Assembly (NCBI RefSeq): GCF_025526975.1
Contig: NW_026515673.1
Coordinates: forward strand, 992,001 to 1,056,000
DNA length: 64,000 bases
Source: Fimicolochytrium jonesii
Lineage: Eukaryota
Direction: 5' to 3'
The notes under the pieces were generated by a model, which made no database searches, was not told the origin of the DNA, and was given only the letters and a program-made list of their open reading frames with translations. Position numbers and translations under genes: made by a program. Shown here one piece after another: positions 38,440 to 48,900 of this stretch (positions are counted from its first letter, which is position 1; every line of letters starts with the position of its first letter).

Positions 38440-40603
38440 CTAATTCAACGGCGTAGGAAACATCATCGCCACAAAATTTCCCCACGCTCCAAGGTGGTAG
38501 ATGTTCCGCAGCTCGCGCGGGTGAGCGATATGGATCAGCTCGTCGTCGTTCTCATCCTCCTTCGCGTCGTCCACATGTGACGGTGGTGATGGCGCCGCGG
38601 ATGTCTCCACCCACCCGTTCTCACTCATCATCCCCTTCTGACCGGCCGCGGCCTTTTTCCGCCGTCGCCGGGTCGATTTTCCAGTCTTCTCATCTTCCTG
38701 TGGCGGGGGTTGGAACGAAGGTACCCCGTCCTCCCTCACACCGCTAACCCACGCGTTCCACTCCCCGACCCTTCCCCGATTCTGCCTCACCACCCACCGG
38801 GGCACATCCACCTCGCCCTGTAGGACATCGTACGCGACCTCGTCCCATTTGAACACCTCATTGGTTGTCTTTCCGCGCAGGACGAGAATGAGCTGGTAGA
38901 GGGTGAAGCACGAGACGACGAGGGCGACGATGAGGCAGAAGAAGCCGAGCGCGGAAAGGAGGATTTCGCGGTGGATTACGTACTGGGGGGGGGGGGGGGG
39001 GGGAGTGATGGGGGCGGTGAGGAGACAAGGGACCATGACCAACCCACGAATACGCCCAGTCCATAAATAACTAGCACAACTCACCAGCCACTGCTGCTCC
39101 GTCGAAATGCTCGTCCTCCGTCCCGTCTTCCGATCCAGAACCCACAGCTTATCCACCTGCAACCGCTCCATCTCGCGCATGATGAGGATGGCGACCAGGT
39201 AGGCGCCGTAGAAGCAGATGGTGCAGATGGAGAGCAGGAAGAGGAGGAAGTAGCGGTAGTTGAGGTGGCCGACGCAGTTGTTTACTGGGTGGGTAGAAGG
39301 TGGAGTTGGACTGAGAAGGGTGGAGTCTGAAGGTGTGGGGCAAAGGGCACAGACTTACTCCAAGCGCAATGGTGGCTAGCGAAAGTGGGAGGATATTGAC
39401 GTGAGAAAACCGGTAAACGTGTAGGGGGCAACGAAAGTAGGAGCACCCGCATGTCCCAGAGTGCCCGAATGATGGAACGGCCCACTCCATCGATGTCTTA
39501 CTTACTCACTTTTAGCAATACATGCTTTACACACCGAGCAATGTTTCGATCGTGGCGGTCTGCGGGTGTCACGTAGTTTGTTAGCTTCCCACGCTACCGG
39601 AATGCGGTCCCATCCCGACGTTGGGGAAAGACTGACACTTACTTCAGGAACTTGCACGTCTTGCACATCTTCTCGCTGAACACGACCTAGGGGGATCCAC
39701 GGTCGTCAGTTCCATAGCTGCCCAACTTCTATCGTCACCGATGCCCTTTGAATTCGCACTCTCCTCAACATGCACATCCCATTCCCCGCATGCGGCGGTC
39801 GACGGCCATCGTTACATACATTATCATACTTCCAGATCCTAAACGCCTGCTCGCAATTCGCCTTCGTCAGCGTGCCCGGGTCGCTCCGGCACGCCACGAA
39901 GAAGCTCGTGTACACCGACGAGATCAACGCCGGTGCCAGGATCCTGTTGAGCGATACCCTTTCGATTAGGCGCTTCGTGTCTTACAAGCCTCCCACGCCG
40001 ATGGCGGGCCGTACGAGACCGGACCAAATCGAGCCGATCCCGCGTCCCAAATCGGATCAACTCACACATGAACCCCACCAGCCTTCCACACCCTCATCCA
40101 CGCTGTGTAGAAGAACACGCCCACCGCCGACGTGATCAGCAGCAAAAACATGATCTACGCCAGTCCAAAGAAGACCATTAGCACCGTTCCCATTTACACC
40201 GCCACCGCGTTGCGCCACCTCATGCCATTACCTGGAAAGCCGGGTTCCGGCTACGTACGCACTGGGCTGCATAGTTGTCCATCTTGCGCGTGAGGCGGGT
40301 GCCCAAGACGAGGCGGAATGCATAACTGCGGAAATCACATTCAACACCATCACCATCGTCGATAAAAGATCCCATACACCCCCAAACTCGGCTGCCCCAT
40401 TGCTCGCACACCCAGTCCCAGCACCCAGTCAGAAAATGAGAAGCAAGAACGTACTGAATCCCCAATGGAATCTTCTCCGTCAGCACATTATGCAATTTCC
40501 CGAGCGGCCCGTCGCGGAAGGTGGCGGATTCGCCAAAGAGGAGGATGATAACGAAGGCGGCGAAGAGGCCGAGGTAGAGGGCTATTGATGGGAGGGCGTC
40601 CAT
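38440..40603 (-). CDS. SWF1: DHHC palmitoyltransferase, Swf1/ZDHHC4-like, many exons
   Basis: FVIILLFGESATFRDGPLGKLH N-terminus; SDPG; PPRSKHCSVCKACIAKSD|HHCAW|INNCVG; GKTTNEVFKW; NIYHLG. Confidence 0.92.
38985..39003. repeat. G19/C19 homopolymer forming the polypyrimidine tract of a SWF1 intron
   Basis: 19 consecutive G on +, read as C19 immediately before the acceptor AG on the minus strand. Confidence 0.9.
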
Positions 40604-40754
40604 TGATGTCGGGCGGAGGCCGTGGTACATTGGGAATTGTGAATGCCTCTGACGCGAGGCCAAAAATGACGACGAACGGCTTGGAAGTTGGCCTCAGACA
40701 TTCCCACCAACTCGGGCTAGATCACTCACGGCCACACTTATTTCTCATTCCAAC

Positions 40755-41600
40755 ATGGAGGCCATTCACATAGTCCTCGTATGGGCATTCATAACAGCCA
40801 CGGTCGAGAAGCTCGGCTACGCAGCCATATCCAAAAAAGTATGTTATGTCTCATGTCCCTCCATTCTTTCACCCTAACTGAGCGTCCTGTATTTTTCTCG
40901 AACAGGTATGCGGCGTGTACCGCTCGATAGTGTCGCCGGGTGAACAGAAGCGGTTGAGGGGGATGCGGGGCAAAATTGTGGACGTTACGAGGGAGTTGAG
41001 GGGGACTAGTGCGCAGGTAGGGGATGTGGAATTCGAACGGGGAGGAAGCGGAAAGAGGGAGGGTTGCTTGGCTGTAGTGATGGTGGTGGCAAGCATGAGG
41101 CTGGTGGACTGATCCAGGGCCTTACGTATCCAGGATGAGTTTGCGAAATGGGCGCGGCTACGACGGCAACTAGACAAACTCAAAGCGGAGTACGACACTG
41201 CCGGTGAGACTCTTGTGCCTATGAGACCTTCCTGCAATTTCAACCACTCACCCCCACCCACCCCTCTCCAAAGCCCAATCCGACACCCTAACGCGCACAA
41301 CCAGCGAACTCAAACTCACATGGATCCTCCGCGCCCTGCTGTGGACGTCGCAGGTCTACCTGATGGCGACGTATCGCACGCGGCCGATGCTGCAGATGCC
41401 CAAGGAGGTGTTGGGCCCGTTTGCGTGGTTGGCGAGCTTTCCTTTTGGGGCGCTGGGTAGGTGTTTTGGGATTCCGTTGGGTGTAGGTTATGGGTATTCC
41501 GGATGCCATTCTGATAAGCTATGCACTGTTTGTAGGATCCGTGAGCGCCTTCTTCTGGTTCTTTGCATGCAAGCGACTGTTCAAGAAAGTTTTGGAGTGA
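40755..41600 (+). CDS. GET1: Guided entry of tail-anchored proteins factor 1 (Get1/WRB), 5 exons
   Basis: TSAQ|DEFAKWARLRRQLDKL is the Get1 coiled-coil signature; later WLASFPFGALG|SVSAFFWFFAC. Confidence 0.92.
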
Positions 41601-41964
41601 GGGGAGGCGGATGATGGGGCAGGATTCATCACGCCCCGTCACATTTCCGCGTTTGCTCCATTTTCATCGCGAGCGGAGTGAGCGATTGGTGGTTGTCTGC
41701 GGCGAGCACAGTTCGCTCTGCAACCCCCTCGCATCACCCTCCTCGCCCCAACCTTGTATATAGATAGCGTAGTGGCATTGCAGACGGAATAAGTGGCTTG
41801 GAATTGGATATTTCGCATAGGAGAATCATATTTACAAAGATGAAAAGTACCAGGCATACCATGCATGCGTGTGCTAGGCTATGTATGCAAGGCCGACAGA
41901 AAGATGTACACTATATGTACACTATGCTCCTATGTTACGCAATGCACCTGGGGGTATATGCAAC

Positions 41965-43050
41965 TCAGATCCTGACCTGCTCCAGCTTCCCGCTCATCCC
42001 AAGCAAGAAGTTATCCTCATACTTCCCATTCCCAACAAAGTTATGCGGGAACCCCAAATCAATCGGGCCCGTCTTTTCCAACGTCTCCACATGCGCTTGC
42101 GTCAACTTCTCCACCAACTCCAACGCCGCAATATTATCCTTCAGATACTCCGCCTTCCTGCCCCCAAGAATCGGGAACGTCAGCGGGTACTTCTTGATCA
42201 CGTACGCGATGCACACCTGCATACGCGTCGCGTTGAGTTCGGCTGCGATGCTGTCGAGCGCGGAGACCATTGCGTCGTGGGTATCATGTTTCTTGAAGAA
42301 AGGTGTGCCCTCCCGCGCGGGGGCTTCGTCCTTCTTGTACCGCCCGGCCCCAAGCACGGACCACGGCGCGATGGCCATGCCGAAGTGCTTGACCATGGGA
42401 ATGATGTCGCGCTCGAGGTCGCGTTCTTCGACGTTCCATTTGCCTTGGTAGACCACAAACGGGGCCAGGTTGTGTGCTTTGGCGTACGTATTGGCGGCGG
42501 ACACGATCCAGGCGGGGGTGTCGGACACGCCGAGGTAGAGCACCTTTCCGCTCAGGACGAGTTGGTTGAGGGATTGCATGACTTCCTCGACGGAGGTCGT
42601 GTAGTCCCACCAATGGACGTACAGGAGATCGATGTAGTCGGTTTCGAGGTTCTTCAACGACCGCTCGACGGCGATTTTCAGGTTTTTGCGCGAGTTGCCG
42701 GCGTGGTTGATCCAGATGCCGTCTTTGTTTTGCGGGGTGAGTGGGGACGTGAATTTGGTTGCAATGACCATTTCTTCGCGGTTGTTGCGTTTCTGCATCC
42801 ATTCGCCGATCCATTGCTCGGATTGGCCGTTTTGGTAGTTGTCCGCGGTGTCAATGAAGTTACCTCCCGCATCGTAAAAGGTGTCGAGGATCTTGAAGGC
42901 CTCGAATTTGTCGCATTTGCCGAGCATGCCTTCCCACTCGGTGCCAAAGTTCATCGCGCCTAGGCAGATGGGCGAGACACGGACACCGGCGTGGGCCCCA
43001 AGGACCTTGTAGTGGCCCAGACGGGTTTTGGGTTCTGGTGCGCGTTGCAT
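41965..43050 (-). CDS. Aldo-keto reductase, aryl-alcohol dehydrogenase / norsolorinic acid reductase-like (intronless)
   Basis: VSPICLGAMNFG, GGNFIDTADNY, MVIATKF, YIDLLYVHWWD, GKVLYLGVSDTPAW; catalytic D-Y-K-H present. Confidence 0.95.
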   Translation of the reverse strand: MQRAPEPKTRLGHYKVLGAHAGVRVSPICLGAMNFGTEWEGMLGKCDKFEAFKILDTFYDAGGNFIDTADNYQNGQSEQWIGEWMQKRNNREEMVIATKFTSPLTPQNKDGIWINHAGNSRKNLKIAVERSLKNLETDYIDLLYVHWWDYTTSVEEVMQSLNQLVLSGKVLYLGVSDTPAWIVSAANTYAKAHNLAPFVVYQGKWNVEERDLERDIIPMVKHFGMAIAPWSVLGAGRYKKDEAPAREGTPFFKKHDTHDAMVSALDSIAAELNATRMQVCIAYVIKKYPLTFPILGGRKAEYLKDNIAALELVEKLTQAHVETLEKTGPIDLGFPHNFVGNGKYEDNFLLGMSGKLEQVRI

Positions 43051-43165
43051 GGTTTGGATGAAGTTATGGAGGATGGATGAGGGTTAGGTTGAGTGGATGA
43101 ATGAGAGAAATGAGAAGTGAGAGTTGTGAGAGTGGGGGGAAAGTGTGGGGTCGGTGGGCGTCTCC

Positions 43166-43173
43166 TTTATATA
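43166..43173 (-). promoter_or_regulatory. TATA box (TATATAAA) upstream of the aldo-keto reductase
   Basis: Consensus on the minus strand about 120 nt before ATG 43050. Confidence 0.55.
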
Positions 43174-43845
43174 CCCGCAGCAGCAGAAGCCACATCGGGG
43201 TGTGTGTGGGGTTGGGTTGAAAGCGCCTTCCGCAACACGCGCAGCATCCCCCATTTGTCATCCTCGCGTCGTCCCTTCCACTAATTGCGGTCCAACACGT
43301 TGCAAACAACCTCGGACTTCCCAACGCCAGACTTCCACATCCCATCTCGTTTGTTTCCGAGCGGGAACCTGTGAGGCTGTTGACATGTTTCAGAACGAGG
43401 TCTTGCGTGTACAGTACGACGCTGTATACGTACCTGTGTTCTTGGTAAACCGCACTCATCGCGAGAATGCCTGGATAGTGGTCGCGTTGCCAATGGATGC
43501 CACACAGCCTACTCTCTGGCCTGTGAGACCGTGAAGCCGTGAACTTGAGTTGAGACCGATAGATCCAGACAGCTTGTCCAAGGAGCAGTCCAAGGTGCAA
43601 GCGAAGGAGGGATGTGGGAGGGATGTGAGTGGGATGGCCTCGCAGGACCCCCTTTCGAATGGGAAAGCCCCCACGCGACGCTCCTGATGTCACCGCCTTT
43701 TCCGCGAACTCCCACCGAACGAACGAACGAACGTGCCTATGTATTCCCACGCAATCTGCGAAAACATCTTACAGCGGACATACTAATACAGTATATTCCC
43801 ACAGCGTCCTTCCCAGCCGTACTTAGTATCCTCCACCCCGCAGTC

Positions 43846-44818
43846 ATGTATGCTGAGGCCGCAGAAGCTCCTCCTGTCGAGGTGATCTCCCGGCAAGAAT
43901 CAGCATCACCGCCAGACGTAACCCTCCCCAGTTCAACAACCACCACCCTCACCAACACCCAGCAGCAGCCCCGTATCCTCAAACCCAACCCCACCTCCCA
44001 CAAACAGAAACTCACCACCTACGCCGCACCTCCTCAAAATGTCCATCTCCCCAACCTCCCCCACCAAACCCCCCAACAAATCGCAGCAAGCATCCAGTCC
44101 ACCCTCCACGGCCTCCGCACAACCGCCACCCTCCTCACCCACTCCGCCCGCGATGTCGCCTCCTCATCTCTCACCGCACTCCAATCCCACATGGACACCT
44201 ACCCGGCCCTCCAAACTTTCGTCCTAACAACCGCGGTACTCTCAACGGTGCCCATTACGGTGTTTGCGATTTATGTGGCCATGACAACGCTGGGGAGTAT
44301 TGCGACGGCGGTGGTGGGTGTGTTTCTGATGCAGAGTGGGTTGACGTTGATTGGATTGGGGGTGTTGTTGCCCGTGGAGTTGGGGATTGTAGGGATTGGG
44401 TTGGCGGCGGCGGCGGCGAGGTATACGGGCGTTTGGGGGTTGCAGGCCGCTCAGGATGTCGCTTTGAGGTATGTGACCGATAGCGAAACGGCGAGCGGGG
44501 CGAGCCCAGTGTGATTTCGCGCTGTAGCGCGGTGCCGAGCGTCAGCGCAGGGCGAGCGGAGCGAGCCACATTGCGCCAAAGCTCCCCTAAGCAGCGCTCT
44601 TAGCGAACCTCAGCGAGCGTCAGATCTTTTGCAAGCGAAGCGAGCACCACACTGCGCCCAAAAGCGGAAGACTCCCTCATCTGCTTCCACCATCCAACCA
44701 ACAATGCAAACTGACTCTCTCCCATCCCTCACATCAGAACAACAACAATAGTCCGCGAAGCCAACGCGCGCGCCGCCGAAACATCCCTCACGTCCGCAAT
44801 TCGCCGGCCCCAACATGC

Positions 44819-44855
<37 letters not shown>

Positions 44856-44969
44856 GAGTATCAGAAACTCGAATTCGATCAGCCGATCGCACCTGTGCCA
44901 AAATACGCGGAGAATGTGAATGGGACCCCGGTATCGGTCGTGCTTACTTATGATGATGTGGATGATTAG
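43846..44969 (+). CDS. Promethin/LDAF1(Ldo16)-like lipid-droplet protein; intron 44469-44737; poly-Q in exon 2
   Basis: YPALQTFVLTTAVLSTVPITVFAIY...GLGVLLPV long hydrophobic hairpin; GTATGT donor, CTGAC branch and CAG acceptor give open exon 2 RTTTIVREANARAAE...HAQ12EYQKL...DDVDD*. Confidence 0.75.
44491..44665 (+). repeat. Intronic repeat element, copy A (three GCGAGCGRAGCGAGC-like cores)
   Basis: 44552-44581 matches the reverse complement of 58453-58483 at 29 of 31 columns; CCTCAGCGAGC is also shared. Confidence 0.8.
44820..44855 (+). repeat. (CAA)12 microsatellite, poly-Gln in the predicted frame
   Basis: Twelve perfect CAA units. Confidence 0.95.
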
Positions 44970-45960
44970 TGGGTGGGATGGGTGTGAGAGGAGTTGGGAA
45001 GGGTGGGGGTGGGGAAGATGGCCTCAGCTATCCGCAACGGGGATGTTCGGGGGAAGTTCTGTACATGTACATACTGTATATATTCCCGTATACCTACCGT
45101 GCGTCTCGCACCGACCGTTCGGTTGGCGTAGGTTGCTTCGAACGGCAAGTTCCATGTGGTGTAGTAGTGCCTGAAACCCAGGACGGCCACATGTGAGCGC
45201 CTACGTTTAATCAAGCAGGTCACTTCGTTGGCTATAAAAGCCAATGAGTTTTTGGAGAACGAGGGAAGAAGGGAAAGCATGCATTTTACGTTATTTGTTT
45301 GGTCTCGTACATATCGGATTAAACCGGAAAAGTTTGTCTTATAGGAAGTCATAAAATCTGCGTCATCAAAGTATCCGGGAGTGATGAAAGCGCTTTCTGC
45401 ACAGAAGCTCTCTAATGAAGTTGCGAAATGGAATCATGTGTAAAGAACTCGACGGAGAACTATAGTTAAAAATACAGCTTGCAAGTGGTTTTCTTGTATC
45501 GTCAAATCGGACGGGTGTTCTTTACAGTCGTATGCTCGGACGAGGGAGTCACCAGAACCGATGTCACCCTCCCGGGAAATCCGAGCAGACGACTGTGAAG
45601 GCGATTCCAGGTATCGTCGACACATTTTTCTAGAGCACGAGATAAAAGTGAAGGGGGGGCTTGCACGCTTTTGGCGGAGAGGAAAGCCCGAAGTGTGGAC
45701 TCTGGAGGCGCGCATTTGAACATGTCCAGGAAGAGCGACGTTCGGACACTCGTTCGGACAGTGTCCGTACTGAACAGTTGTTCAAGCCAACCTTGCTTTC
45801 AGACAACCCCCACCTCACAGCCCAACCGCATCTGCCACTTACGGTAACCGCTGTCTTGCAACTAAACAGGCCCGATACCCTCGCTCTCGCCTGCTCTGGG
45901 AGAGTTATCTGAGACCCAACGAACCGCCACTGCCGCAAGTGCGAGCAGGCATCGTACACG

Positions 45961-48900
45961 ATGGCCAAGCGCAAGGGCTCGGACTCGGACGGAGAGCAAA
46001 CTCCTGCACGGAGGAGGAGGGTCACGTCCTCTTCTTCAAGTATGTATCCCGTCGTTTTCGGGCGCCCTTGTGTAGCTCCATCATCTTAATTTGACTTGGA
46101 AACCCCACAGGTCAAGGCTCAACCAAAAAAGAGCAGAAAACCATGGATTCCTTCTTCAAGAAGGATGAGGTCAAGAAGGATGAGGCCAACGGTAGCGCTT
46201 CGGCATCCCACGCCGAGGCGTACTCGAGACCCAAGATCACCACCACAAACATGGGAAAGCTTAACGGGGACTTCATCCGCAATAAGATGATTGCGGAAGG
46301 CGCAGCCGGCGGGCTGCACCCGATCAAGGAAATACCCGATATGTTTTACGATCTTGTCAACAACTGTCCGGCGATCGCGGAGACGGCGGAGGCGTTGAAT
46401 GGCAGGCCCTTGCGTGTGGCAACCATGTGTAGTGGGACCGAAAGCCCGCTTCTAGCACTCGACATGGTCGCCAGAGCCGTCAAGAAGCGATACGGCGTCG
46501 ACTTGCGCTTTGAGCACGTATTCAGTTGTGAGATTGAGCCATTTAAGCAGGCTTACATTGAGCGGAATTTCGCACCCCCGTTATTGTTCCGTGACGTCTG
46601 CGAGTTGGGCGACGATGAAGCCACCACCGCTTACGGAGCGCTTCGAGAGGTACCCGGGAACGTGGATTTACTTGTGGCCGGTACCTCTTGCGTCGATTTC
46701 TCGAACCTGAACAACAAGAAGAAGAATATCGACGAGATGGGAGAGTCCGGGCGAACTTTCAAGGGCATGCTGCGTTGGGTGGACAAGCATCGCCCTGCAA
46801 TGGTCATTCTGGAGAACGTTGTTGGAGCCGATTGGGAGTACGCCGTCAAGCCTGCTATTGAAGCGCTCAATTATAGGTGAGTCACGACAACGTCATGCCG
46901 CTATTATCAACTAAGAGAAGATTCCTGATCATTGGTCGTGTTAATTCATCGTCAAATCTACAGGGCGCAGTTCGATAAGGCAATGGATACGAAGCATTTT
47001 TACATCCCGCACACCCGCCAGCGTGGATATCTCTTCGCGATTTCAAAGGATTATACCCAGGATCTGAATGCGGCCAAGAAGTGGCATAACGTCGTCAAGT
47101 CACTCACTCGCCCGTTCTCCATGCCGCTGGAGGCCTTCCTCCTCGAGACGGACGACCCGCGCGTGCACGCCGCCCGAGAGCAGTTTATCCGCGCCGCCGA
47201 GGACAGGACCGCCAAGCGCGGCCGCCTCGATTGGGAGCGTTGCCAAGGTCGTCACCAAAAAGCCCGCTACGATGAAAGGCTGGGCAAGAAACGCCCCATG
47301 ACCGCGTGGGAAGACGGAAGCATATGCACACCGTTCCAGTTTGCTTGGCCGGAATGGGGCCGCGTTCAGCCCGAGCGGGTGCTGGATTTGATGGATATCA
47401 TGTACCTACGCCAGGGTCTTGAAACGAACGTGGATGCCTGCTACAAGACAATCGTTTGGAATCTGAGTCAGAATGTGGATCGCAATCCCCTGAGCAAGAA
47501 CTACTCGATTACTCCTTGCTTGACGCCTTCTATGATTGCGTACATTACCACTCGCGGTGGTCCCCTGATTGGTCTGTGGGTTGACTTTTGGTTTGAAAAA
47601 CATTGACAGCGTACTCATGAGGAAATCCGAATTCTTTTCAAGGACGAGAAGCGTTGTCTCTCCAGGGAATCATCGTTGACGAGCTCCTGCTCACCAGGGA
47701 GACAGAAGATCAGCTTGCCGATTTGGCCGGTAATGCCATGTCCACTACGGTCGTCGGTACCTGCATTCTCTCCGCGTTGGTCGCTGGCAGGGAAGCAATC
47801 AAGAAGCGTCAGCAAAGCGTTGCTGGAACATCAATCATTATGGAAGTCGATGCTGACGACGAGAAGCACCGCAAGGCGACCGAGATGGTCGGCGAATCCC
47901 AACTCGTCTCGGAACACTACGATCTCGTTACGTGTAAGACGCTACCGCTCCTTACGCTTCTCAAGCAAGCTCGCAACAGCGCCCGTCTATGTGATTGCGA
48001 AGGCCGAGAGATGATCAAGACCACGGATATCCAGTTCTGCAAGGACTGCGGCAATACCGCTTGCTTGAAATGTGGTAAACGACCAGAGCATAACTACGAT
48101 CTGAAGACACTGGAGAGACAGATGCCTGCTCAGTTCGAGGACGGCCTCAAGGGTGTCTTGCCCATGCGCGTCTCGATCGATGGCTTCACTGAGGCGGCGC
48201 TCGAGAGCCTGAAGGGTGACTTGACGGTTGATGCGGAAACCTGGTCGCTCTGGAGACAGACCTCTACGGATTCGGTGCACGGTGCGGAATTCCGATTCAG
48301 GATTCTCAAGAGGCAGCAGGTGTGGATCGCGATCTACGAAACCCCCAGGGCCACACTCGAACTGTTGATCGACCCCATTCAGCCGGAGTGGAGGTTGACT
48401 GTCAACGCACCTGAGACAGACGCCAAGAACAGCCCTCTCAGACGGTTGTTTGAACAACCTGTTGCACGCATGCGCATCGACCCACGTAACGCCGAAAACT
48501 TCCTCGGCGCCGATGGAAGCGGACAATGGGAGCTCAACCTGCCAGCACCCAAATCCTTCACTGTCACCATAACAGGGGAAGGCGAACTCGTTCCGTCATG
48601 GAAGGCCCATCTTGGCATCCTTGCCAACGGACTTGAGCACGAAAAATGGTGGAGTCGTGTCGCCATTTCCGATGTGCCTAAAGACGCCAAGGCCTGGCTC
48701 GACAGGGATATCACTGGCACGTACGTCCTGCTCGACAAATGCGGCACGGCGATGAACGCCTTGCACAGACTTGAGGAGGAAGGCGCTGCAAACGCGGATG
48801 AGATGGATCATCACCCCTTGTTCATGTTCTTGGACCCTACGCGATCTGGCGACCCTAAGCAAGACACCTTCGTGTTCTCCACCAACAACAGGAGGCTGGC

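Noticed and set aside
41965..43050. Horizontal transfer of the intronless aldo-keto reductase
   Set aside because: The sequence resembles ordinary fungal AAD/NorA proteins and other long intronless genes occur here; a phylogeny would be needed.
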